Origin: Candidatus Nanoarchaeia archaeon
GTDB lineage: Archaea > Nanobdellota > Nanobdellia > Woesearchaeales > GW2011-AR9
DNA: 31,734 nt
Direction of reading: 5' to 3'
Assembly (NCBI GenBank): GCA_035289745.1
Contig: DATDWF010000024.1
Coordinates: forward strand, 1-31,734
The stretch's first letter is position 1. Each line of letters begins with the position of its first letter. The notes below the pieces were generated by a model. That model was not told the DNA's origin, searched no databases, and saw only the letters and a program-made list of their open reading frames with translations. Shown piece by piece: positions 24,191 through 31,734 of this stretch. The position numbers were made by a program, and so were the translations under genes.

Positions 24191-24814
24191 ATGAAGAATA
24201 GTATTTCCGCTTGTAAAAAAAACCTAAGTGCCATCACCCTCTTTCTGTTCCTGGCTGCGGGGATGATAGGAAGCAGCGCAGAGCACATTGAACAGCTTCT
24301 GGTGGATGTAAACGTTCCTTTGACTGATGAACAGCTCATTGTCGGAGACTCGATATTAGTTGAAGTCGAAGCACGGGTTATCCATGGAGAAAAAGAACGC
24401 ACATTAGCGGATATGTACTTGGAATATACGCTCAAAAACCAGGAAGGAGAGACGCTTCTCACGGCCGTAGAGACCAAAGGGGGCATTGAACAGATCTCCA
24501 CCGTACGAGAGCTGTTCATCCCAAGAGATGCGGCGCCAGGAGTGTATACCGTCGAGGTGCAAGTAACTCATGGCGATATGAGCCGGATGGCTTCCGCTCA
24601 CTTCATGGTGGAGTCGAATGTCCGTCAGGAGCTCACCCAAAGAGGATGGTATATTCTTGCCATGCTTATCGGCTTTTCACTGAATGCCCTGATTTTTCCG
24701 GCATTTATCTGGTACGAGCATAGGAAATTCAAAAGAATCGAAAAGCACCTGCAGAAAGCGGAGAAAAGATATTTAAAGCAGCACGGCTTCATTCGAGAGA
24801 AGCAGAAGCACTGA
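24191..24814 (+). CDS. Exported single Ig-like domain protein with a C-terminal TM
   Basis: Signal peptide, a beta-sandwich-like domain resembling the last extracellular domain of the 1345-aa protein, then a TM and basic tail. Confidence 0.8.
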   Translation: MKNSISACKKNLSAITLFLFLAAGMIGSSAEHIEQLLVDVNVPLTDEQLIVGDSILVEVEARVIHGEKERTLADMYLEYTLKNQEGETLLTAVETKGGIEQISTVRELFIPRDAAPGVYTVEVQVTHGDMSRMASAHFMVESNVRQELTQRGWYILAMLIGFSLNALIFPAFIWYEHRKFKRIEKHLQKAEKRYLKQHGFIREKQKH

Positions 24815-24833
24815 ACAATCATCAGGATACCCC

Positions 24834-25187
24834 ATGATTTCCATTCTCCAAAACCCTTTGGTACACATTCTCCATGTTATTCTGTATTCCATCGTTCTGA
24901 TCTTCACTATCCGCATTTTTTGGCGCTCCCGAAACAGCTTTCGCAAAGGGATAGGGTTCGTCATTCTGGCAGTGCTCGGCCTGATGGGCATCCACATTCT
25001 CCGGGATCTGGACTACTATTCTCTTCTGCAGAGTCCGTATTTTTCTATTTTCCCCGTGAGCCAGTACAGCGGAGCACTGGAAGCGGTGGCGATCGCCCTT
25101 CTCGCAGTGGGCTTCTGGTATGTGCAGCACTGCATCTATTCGATAACCGGGGAGTACCCGAAGAAAGAAGTGCGACGGAAGAAGTGA
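24834..25187 (+). CDS. Hypothetical small membrane protein
   Basis: 117 aa with 3-4 hydrophobic helices and a basic tail, co-oriented with the upstream gene. Confidence 0.7.
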   Translation: MISILQNPLVHILHVILYSIVLIFTIRIFWRSRNSFRKGIGFVILAVLGLMGIHILRDLDYYSLLQSPYFSIFPVSQYSGALEAVAIALLAVGFWYVQHCIYSITGEYPKKEVRRKK

Positions 25188-25254
25188 CAATTATCGCAGC
25201 CTTCTCAAAGGGCGGGAAGAAGCTTTCTCCATTTTCTTCTGTTTTCCTTCTCTC

Positions 25255-25310
25255 TTCATCCCATACAGCCGCTTAAAGTGCTCTTCTGGAATAAACACAT
25301 ACTTTTTCAG
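25255..25310. repeat. Direct repeat copy A (displaced 3' end of a nucleotidyltransferase gene)
   Basis: 50/56 nt identical to 26776-26831, first 23 nt identical. The minus strand encodes LKKYVFIPEEHFKRLYGMK. Confidence 0.85.
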
Positions 25311-25336
25311 CAACCAACCGTGCTGAGGCTTGGGGG

Positions 25337-26602
25337 TTACTCTTCAAGCAACCACTTCCAGACCGGCTTAACCAGTATCTTCTTTCTGCCGATCTTAATC
25401 TTTTCTTCCTGGTCATTGGTCAAAAGCAATCCTTCCTGAAGCTTAAATTTTTTCATGGCCTCAGTTAATCCCGCCGCCTCTCGGTCACGATTTTCTGTAT
25501 TCAAGTCATCACATACCTGTATCGCTTGAATTACTGTTTTATTTTTAACCGTGAGGAAATCACATTTGCGTTCCCCAGAATAATAAAAAACATCATACTC
25601 TTTATTCAAGCAATTGAAGACTAAGTTTTCAAGAAGCCATCCGTGGTCTTTAGTTATTTTTTTAGAAAGAACTCCCACAAATCCATTGTCCAGGACATAA
25701 AACTTTTTATCGTTCATGATCTGTTTTTTAAAAGAATAGTCGAATTTATTGATAGTTTTGGCAAAATAAGTCTCTTCAAGATACGATATAAACTTCTTAA
25801 ATGTATTCACGCTGTTTATAGTTATGAACTTCTTAAGAGAATTATAACTAAATTTATTGGCAAAATTATTAATGAGGTAGGAATACAACTGCCTCAGAAC
25901 AGCCACATTATGTACTTTATACCTCACGGCTATATCTTTAATGACCGTGTCCTCATAAACCCGGGTTAACAGCTCTGGGTCATTATACTGCAAATATTCC
26001 GGCATACCCCCTTTCACTAAGTACTCTTCGAAATATTTCTTGATTTCTACTTTAGTTTCTGTTTTGTACATGGCCTCTTTGTTTATCTTAACTCCTTTTA
26101 ATCCCAGAAATTCCAGAAAAGAGAAAGGCCGCACCACAATATCCACATGCCTTCCGGTAAGTTTGGTGCCCAGTTCTTTGCTTAACAGCGTGGCGCTAGA
26201 GCCAGTGATAATGAATTTAAATCCCTCTTCATAAAACCTTCTTACAAACGTCTCAAAATGAGTGACGTTCTGAATTTCGTCCAGAAAAAAAGTTTTCTTT
26301 TTTCCATACAGGCTTACTAATCCCTCATAAAGCCGGTTAAATTCACGGGCAGGAAAATCAAACAATCTTTCATCTTCAAAGTTGAGGTAATAAAAGTCCT
26401 CATCATGATACTCTTTTTTTATTAACTGCTTTAACAGGGTCGACTTGCCGCTCCTTCGTAAGCCGGTTAAGACCACCACCTGTGGAAGCTTGAGCTTGGA
26501 CTCTACTTCTTTTAAGATTGACCTCTCTACACCATATTTCTTGTTTAAGATGGTTTCTCTTTGTCTTACCAAAATTTCTTTAATTTCTGTTTCAGTAAGC
26601 AT
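25337..26602 (-). CDS. AAA+ ATPase (AAA_14) with a DUF4143 C-terminal domain
   Basis: Walker A GLRRSGKST, Walker B FFLDEIQ, plus TGSS, GGMPE, KKFYVLDNG and ENLV. Confidence 0.92.
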   Translation of the reverse strand: MLTETEIKEILVRQRETILNKKYGVERSILKEVESKLKLPQVVVLTGLRRSGKSTLLKQLIKKEYHDEDFYYLNFEDERLFDFPAREFNRLYEGLVSLYGKKKTFFLDEIQNVTHFETFVRRFYEEGFKFIITGSSATLLSKELGTKLTGRHVDIVVRPFSFLEFLGLKGVKINKEAMYKTETKVEIKKYFEEYLVKGGMPEYLQYNDPELLTRVYEDTVIKDIAVRYKVHNVAVLRQLYSYLINNFANKFSYNSLKKFITINSVNTFKKFISYLEETYFAKTINKFDYSFKKQIMNDKKFYVLDNGFVGVLSKKITKDHGWLLENLVFNCLNKEYDVFYYSGERKCDFLTVKNKTVIQAIQVCDDLNTENRDREAAGLTEAMKKFKLQEGLLLTNDQEEKIKIGRKKILVKPVWKWLLEE

Positions 26603-26762
26603 AACTCATAGAATGTACGTTTATTTATAAATGATTTCATTATTATTGCACAAAATATGGCATTTTTGTTCAATACTGTTAAATTTAATCCGAAGCCTGT
26701 TAGGATTGAAATAATCAAACCGCAGTAAACAACCGCCACCCTTAAGATGTGGAAAACAATTT

Positions 26763-27413
26763 TTATTTCTGTTCTTTCATCCCATACAGCCGCTTAAAAT
26801 GCTCCTCCGGAATAAACACATATTCCTTCAGTTCCCGCATCATTCTCTCGACATCCAAGAGCACCCATCCATCGCCGTGTTCCGCCTGCCATCGGACTTC
26901 TTCGAGAAAATAGGGCCAGTCGAAGTGCTTGTCGTTCTTGATGATAGTCACAATATCCTCAAAATCCCGATCGCGGCTGGTGACAGATTTGAGAATAACC
27001 AGAATTTCCTTGCGCAAAACGTTCACCGTAAGCGTATGCTTCCATTTAAATTCATGGACGGAGAAAACATCTTCTTTCATCTTCGGGCTTAAAAGAGTTT
27101 GAAAAAATTTTTTGACAAAGAGGTCAAAACGCCCTTCTCCTCTTTTGACCACGATGGGCTTATGCGTATCTTTCAATTTTTCTGGGACATATATGCGAAA
27201 AAGGCTGAATTCTTCGTAACCCATTTGTTTTAGCACCCGAAGAAATTCCTCACGCTCATCTTCATGTTCGAAAACGAGGTCTACATCTTTGGTTTCATCT
27301 TTATAACCGTAATACATCATGGCATTGCCCCCAAAAGCGTAACAAACGATATCTTTCCGCATCTGTTTGCTGATGAGGATAAATAAGTCCACTTGATCCT
27401 GTTGTGAAATCAT
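26763..27413 (-). CDS. Nucleotidyltransferase, AbiEii/DUF6036-like (putative type IV toxin)
   Basis: GGNAMMYYG.K.ETKDVD (GG...DxD NTase motif) and LKS...RDRDFED. It overlaps the upstream gene by 4 nt. Confidence 0.8.
   Translation of the reverse strand: MISQQDQVDLFILISKQMRKDIVCYAFGGNAMMYYGYKDETKDVDLVFEHEDEREEFLRVLKQMGYEEFSLFRIYVPEKLKDTHKPIVVKRGEGRFDLFVKKFFQTLLSPKMKEDVFSVHEFKWKHTLTVNVLRKEILVILKSVTSRDRDFEDIVTIIKNDKHFDWPYFLEEVRWQAEHGDGWVLLDVERMMRELKEYVFIPEEHFKRLYGMKEQK
26776..26831. repeat. Direct repeat copy B (inside the 3' end of the nucleotidyltransferase gene)
   Basis: Encodes LKEYVFIPEEHFKRLYGMK and lies 1521 nt from copy A. Confidence 0.85.
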
Positions 27414-28027
27414 GCCACTACCCCCCGAATGTCGTTTTTATTAAAAGGAATGTAGACCCGCCAATATTCCGCAATGGATGGAAAATTCTTCTTTTTAAGC
27501 TGGGAAAGCATCTTCCAGAGGAAGAATTTCTCTCTCCGATATCGCTCCGGCATTTTTCGCACTTTCAGGAACAGCCGCGCCACGTCATAGAGAGCACCAG
27601 TTTGCTGCCAGCAGCCCTTCTCTTTTGCCAGGCGGTGCAGCTTCTTCCAGTCTTTCACGTGCTGAAATAAGCGCAACGTGGCGAGTACTATCCGGAAGCT
27701 CTTCGTCTGCACGGCATCGACGATGACTTCTTCCACCCCATACACGCCGTGCACCTGGTGGTCGTACCACGGATTGAGCTGAAAATTGGGATTGTATCTA
27801 TTTAAGATGTCCCACATGCCGGGAACGCGCAGCCGCTGCTTCGTAAGCGTTATTTTGTATAGGCGCTTTCTTCTTCCGCCGCCGGAGACCGTGACATAGC
27901 CAGCTCTTTTCAGCCGGCCCAGCAGATTCAGGGTGGATTGCCAGCTTATGCCTAACTCTTCGGCAACGGTTTCTACCGTCTGCAGCCCTTCCAGGCGCCA
28001 GAGGAGATCGTGCTGGTCGCGGTTCAT
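27410..28027 (-). CDS. HTH protein, putative AbiEi-like antitoxin
   Basis: N-terminal wHTH (TVETVAEELGISWQSTLNLLGRLKRAGYV), coupled to the NTase gene. Confidence 0.7.
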   Translation of the reverse strand: MNRDQHDLLWRLEGLQTVETVAEELGISWQSTLNLLGRLKRAGYVTVSGGGRRKRLYKITLTKQRLRVPGMWDILNRYNPNFQLNPWYDHQVHGVYGVEEVIVDAVQTKSFRIVLATLRLFQHVKDWKKLHRLAKEKGCWQQTGALYDVARLFLKVRKMPERYRREKFFLWKMLSQLKKKNFPSIAEYWRVYIPFNKNDIRGVVA

Positions 28028-28156
28028 TTTATTATATTAGAATAAGTATTATTTAAACTTTTCTATTTTTAGAGTATGTTAAAAAGAAAAATAGAGATAA
28101 ACGGGAAAAATATTGGAATAAAGGCAGTTTATGGACAGTTTTTCTCAACAAGCTGC

Positions 28157-29179
28157 TCACTGCAGCACTTTCAGGTCAAAGCACACCCGAAAAACGTAAG
28201 GAGAAAATTTTCCGCAGGGAACGGTACGGAGAACTCTTACGGGATGCCCCTGCCGCTTGCAAATCTCTTTGATGCGCCGGGCTTCCGCAGCAAAGTCTTT
28301 TTCTTCGAGAAAGGCATAGAGATGTATGATCGCTCCGGGCTTGGCTTTCCGCAAGGCCACATCCAAAAACTGTTCGCTGGTTTTTGGCAGAGGCATCACG
28401 ATCCGGTCAAATTTCTTGCGGATTTTTGGCACAACTTCCCGCACATCACCCTGAAAAATGCGGATTTTTTTCTCGAGCTTGTTTAGCGCAACGTTCTCGA
28501 CGGCATACCGATGCGCTAGCGGATTTATCTCGATGCCATAGACTATCTTGGCAGGGCTGCGCTTAGCGAGCACCAGGGGATACGGCGCTGCCCCAGAGAA
28601 CAGCACCAGAACTTCCTCGCCTGGCTTCACCTGCTGCGCAATCCGCAGCCGCTCATTGGCCAAACGAGCTGAAAAATAGGTATTCTCCAGATGGAGCTTT
28701 ATCTGCACGCCGTTTTCCTGATGCACGGTTTCTTTAGTCTTTTTTCCTGCCAGAATCTTTACTTTCCGCAGGCGATAGACGCCGCCGTGCATCTCCTGCT
28801 TCTTCACGATGGTAGAAAAGTGCTTGTTCGCCTGCAAAAAGGCTTCGGCGATTATCTTCTCTTTCTTTTCCAATTCCGGCGGCATTTCCAGGATGAGAAT
28901 GTTGCCGATAATCTCCTGAGAATGAGGCAGCAAAGCAAACTCTCGAACAGTCAATTTCCCTTTGAGCAGCTCGTCAAGAGCCGGCTGGTGCTTTTTGACC
29001 GGAAATGAGAATTTCACTGCAACCACTTTGGCCGACGGCACTCGTGCTTTCCTCTCTAGTGGAAAATAAATGAAGCCCAGCTCTTTCACCGGCAGGAAAT
29101 CTGGATGGAGCAGTTTTTTTGCCGACAGATATTTTCGAACCTGTTCGGCATGGCGGAGTTCGGTGGTGGCGGCGAGCAT
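28157..29179 (-). CDS. trm5: tRNA (guanine37-N1)-methyltransferase, Trm5/Met-10+ family
   Basis: IIGNIL, HQENG, YFSARLANER, LFSGAAPY, IEINP, GDVREV and FDRIVMPLP. The subfamily (Trm5a/b/c or Taw2-like) is not resolved. Confidence 0.82.
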   Translation of the reverse strand: MLAATTELRHAEQVRKYLSAKKLLHPDFLPVKELGFIYFPLERKARVPSAKVVAVKFSFPVKKHQPALDELLKGKLTVREFALLPHSQEIIGNILILEMPPELEKKEKIIAEAFLQANKHFSTIVKKQEMHGGVYRLRKVKILAGKKTKETVHQENGVQIKLHLENTYFSARLANERLRIAQQVKPGEEVLVLFSGAAPYPLVLAKRSPAKIVYGIEINPLAHRYAVENVALNKLEKKIRIFQGDVREVVPKIRKKFDRIVMPLPKTSEQFLDVALRKAKPGAIIHLYAFLEEKDFAAEARRIKEICKRQGHPVRVLRTVPCGKFSPYVFRVCFDLKVLQ

Positions 29180-29311
29180 GGTGCTGAAAAAGAAAAGAAT
29201 CTTTAAAAGGCTTTGGGGGAGATGAGAAGAGGAAAAGGTATCTTTCTGCCATTACATTTATAAATAAATGGGCACTTCGTATGCATATAAAATGCACACG
29301 GAGGTCACTAT

Positions 29312-29566
29312 ATGGTCTATGCAAGGATTTTTTTGGATGAATATGCAAATCGGGTAATAAACATCATTAAAGCACGATTTGGATTGAAAGATAAGTCAGA
29401 AGCCATAAATAAATTTGTTGAGCTGCATGGAGAAGAAGTACTGGGAAAAGAGGCAAGTGAAGAGTATATTAAAAAACTTATTGGCGTAGAAAAACTGCAT
29501 CTGAAAAAATATGGTTATCGAAAAATGTCCCTTCAGGAACTTGATGCAGTATGCGGTATACGATAG
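29312..29566 (+). CDS. DUF2683-like antitoxin
   Basis: LDEYANRVINIIKARFGLKDKSEAINKFV, immediately upstream of a RelE-like gene. Confidence 0.8.
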   Translation: MVYARIFLDEYANRVINIIKARFGLKDKSEAINKFVELHGEEVLGKEASEEYIKKLIGVEKLHLKKYGYRKMSLQELDAVCGIR

Positions 29567-29574
29567 GTGATTTC

Positions 29575-29847
29575 ATGTTTGATTTTAATCTTACCGATGA
29601 ACTCAAAGTAATCTTGCACAAACTTTCAAAAAAAGACAGGAAAAAAGTAGACATTATCAATAAAAAAATAAAAGAAATAATCAATTGCGATCATCAAAAC
29701 ATTGATCACTACAAAAATCTTCGCTATGGCCAAAAGCATCTCAAAAGGGTGCATATTAATGGGAGCTTTGTCCTGACTTTTAGTGTGAATAAAGAAAGAA
29801 ACTTCATTCTGTTCGTCGATTTCGATCATCACGATAACATCTACTAA
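29575..29847 (+). CDS. RelE/ParE-superfamily toxin
   Basis: KLSKKD...KKIKEII...YKNLRY...KRVHI..SFVLTF...FVDFDHHDNIY. ATG 29575 follows AGGTGA. Confidence 0.82.
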   Translation: MFDFNLTDELKVILHKLSKKDRKKVDIINKKIKEIINCDHQNIDHYKNLRYGQKHLKRVHINGSFVLTFSVNKERNFILFVDFDHHDNIY

Positions 29848-29932
29848 CGATTTCTTTTCACATCCCCACTTTTTCCCGAACAGTAGCAGTTCGGCCGTCG
29901 CTACCTATGCTTGCTCCTACAAAAGACTGGAG

Positions 29933-31321
29933 TTATCCTACATCCATCTCTATGACTTCGCGGCACTGTTTTCCAATAAGGCAATTGAGATAACATTCAT
30001 CCTGCTCAGCAGTTAAAGCATCGGTATCAGGGACCTCACAAGAAGCATCGCAATCGCCCATCTGAGCATCAGTACAGGCTGGCCAAGAACGGGTATCACG
30101 CACTTGGAGAGTGGAATCTGCCACTACGCCCTGCCCGAAAACTCGTAAAGCATTCTTGTATCCGACTGCTTCCTGATCCTCGGCATCAAAGCCGGCGATG
30201 ACCAGTCGGGAAATTTTTACTGCCCGATCAAACACTTCCGGATCAAAAGCATATTCCGGGCCGATTTCCGTCCCCCACATGACTTTATCAGGAGCAGCGT
30301 CCACCAATGGTTTATAGGCCTGAATGGCACTTTGAGTCATTATTTTTTCTTTGCTATCGTAGGTAGAAACAAGCTTATCGATGGATGATTGCTTGTTAGG
30401 GCTATCATAATCATAGATGAGGTCCATATTATTATCGTGGATGATGTGCGCAGCATCCATGCTATAGTAGAGGTTGTCGTGCTCTTTAAGCATTGTTATC
30501 AGTTTGTCCGTGCTTTTGGCCAAGTCTTCCCGGAACAGATGGATCAAAAAATCCGTATCGGGATATGCTTTAACAATCTGTTCAACATCATCCATCTTTC
30601 CTGCAATGGGATGGAACATAAAATGAAGATTATTCCTTTGCGCCATAGTGATGAGCTGCAGCACTTTAGGATCGTTATGCCGCGCACTCCATTCCTGCGT
30701 CTCCACCTCGCCGAATCCCCTGATGAACTCTTTTCCCGCGATTCTTTGCGCGGCAGCTAAAGTTTTTGTGTACATCCCCGTCAATTCTTCACCAAGATAT
30801 TGCTCGACTTCTTCTCCACCGATCCCCGGGTTAAAGAAAGGAATAATCCTGAACGGATGCTTTTTGGCAGCAGCAATTATTTCTCCCAATCCCTGGTCGC
30901 TGACCAAGGTGTCTGCCTGAGGCTCGCCAGAAATGCCGAACATGCCGATAAAGAAATTGATGCCATTCCGGTCAAGATTTTCAAAGTAAGAATCCATTGA
31001 TGCAGAGCCTACCTGCTCTGAGGTGCCATACAGGGGACCGTTGTAAGCGCCTTCATATGTTAAAATGGGGTTGAATATCTGGAATTCTTCTTTTTTTTCA
31101 ACAACAGGCTCTGATGCTGGCTTTTCCTCTATGATTGGCTCTTCTTTAATTTCTTCAGCGGGTTGAGTTTCCTGTACAGGCTCTGGCTCTTGGGCTGCTT
31201 GAGGAGCGTCTTCAGCAGCAGGCTCAGGCATTTTTTCTGCAGGTGCTTGCTGCGTAGCACAGCCATATACTATGAGAATTAAAACCACGAAACAGAAAGC
31301 CGATACCCTCTTTTTTTCCAT
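29933..31321 (-). CDS. Lipoprotein with an amidohydrolase-like TIM-barrel domain and Cys-rich tail
   Basis: Lipobox IVYGC, a Pro/Glu linker, GFGEV, FMFHP, FLIHL and KVMWGTE, and six C-terminal Cys. ATG 31321 is preferred to the track start 31342. Confidence 0.75.
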   Translation of the reverse strand: MEKKRVSAFCFVVLILIVYGCATQQAPAEKMPEPAAEDAPQAAQEPEPVQETQPAEEIKEEPIIEEKPASEPVVEKKEEFQIFNPILTYEGAYNGPLYGTSEQVGSASMDSYFENLDRNGINFFIGMFGISGEPQADTLVSDQGLGEIIAAAKKHPFRIIPFFNPGIGGEEVEQYLGEELTGMYTKTLAAAQRIAGKEFIRGFGEVETQEWSARHNDPKVLQLITMAQRNNLHFMFHPIAGKMDDVEQIVKAYPDTDFLIHLFREDLAKSTDKLITMLKEHDNLYYSMDAAHIIHDNNMDLIYDYDSPNKQSSIDKLVSTYDSKEKIMTQSAIQAYKPLVDAAPDKVMWGTEIGPEYAFDPEVFDRAVKISRLVIAGFDAEDQEAVGYKNALRVFGQGVVADSTLQVRDTRSWPACTDAQMGDCDASCEVPDTDALTAEQDECYLNCLIGKQCREVIEMDVG

Positions 31322-31442
31322 AGTAATACTGTATGTAATCAATATATAAAACTATGTAGTGTTTTCCCTGCAAGAAAAATTGCCTATTATTGAGGAATTA
31401 TGCTTAACCTTGCCAGCCTATCTGCTAACCTGCGAGCAATCT

Positions 31443-31556
31443 CTAAACTACCTTCCTCTGAACAGAAAGTTCTTTTTCTACCGGCGCTTGCCGAGCACAA
31501 CTACTAATAAAAATAATAGAAATCGCTAACAAAACTAACAATAATCTCTTTTTCAG
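31443..31556 (-). pseudogene. Remnant of a lipoprotein gene (signal peptide only)
   Basis: LKKRLLLVLLAISIIFISSCARQAPVEKELSVQRKVV* has a lipobox-like ISSC. It starts at CTG, has no ATG and stops early. Confidence 0.4.
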
Positions 31557-31734
31557 GATAAAACTATAATCTGGATTATGTTATATAAAGTTTATTGATT
31601 TAAAAACATAAACGTTCTAATTTTTCACTAAAACGTATAAGGCACGGCGGGAGCATTTAATTTTTAAATAAATTTTCCGCATTTTCATATGCAAATTTTT
31701 TTTGAACAGCAGGGTCTAATCTGGCAATAAATGC

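Noticed and set aside
26644-26675. 12-bp imperfect inverted repeat upstream of the ATPase gene
   Set aside because: It is AT-rich, has one mismatch and occurs once. It could be an operator, but the support is too weak to report as a feature.
1-31734. CRISPR array, tRNA, rRNA, integrase or transposase
   Set aside because: I saw no regularly spaced short repeats, cloverleaf or rRNA-like segments, and no recombinase or transposase ORF. The repeats found are intragenic or isolated.

Overview
This 31.7-kb window is almost certainly archaeal, probably DPANN (Woesearchaeota-like). That is inferred from a Trm5-type tRNA methyltransferase, archaeal-type VapB and DUF2683 antitoxins, GGAGG/GGTGA ribosome-binding sites and TATA-like boxes. 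Layout: (1) 1-~2750 is AT-rich, with a partial surface protein, three damaged genes (AbrB-like, kinase-like, Bro-N) and a possibly structured non-coding element. It ends in an abrupt junction into a GC-richer, 5'-truncated gene. (2) 3378-16398 is a ~13-kb, mostly minus-strand copper/heavy-metal island: CopA P1B-ATPase, CopZ, an HMA-DsbD_2-cupredoxin fusion, DUF411/CopG-like, DUF302, DUF2892, DUF2933, two SHOCT proteins, three SAM methyltransferases, ArsR with a palindromic operator, a membrane-bound HTH regulator, and many uncharacterised Cys/His/Met-motif proteins, two of them missing from the ORF track. (3) 16.5-25.2 kb holds DUF5667, VapB with a deleted VapC, VKOR, DoxX, a 1345-aa surface protein and PadR. 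(4) 25.2-31.7 kb holds an AAA+/DUF4143 ATPase between 56-bp direct repeats, an AbiE-like pair, trm5, a DUF2683-RelE pair and an amidohydrolase-like lipoprotein. The best candidate for an undescribed system is three consecutive membrane-anchored proteins (8155-9403) that all end in the C-terminal pentapeptide MVGGC, encoded by different synonymous codons, directly upstream of the DUF411 copper protein. All family calls come from motif recognition by eye; no database searches were run.
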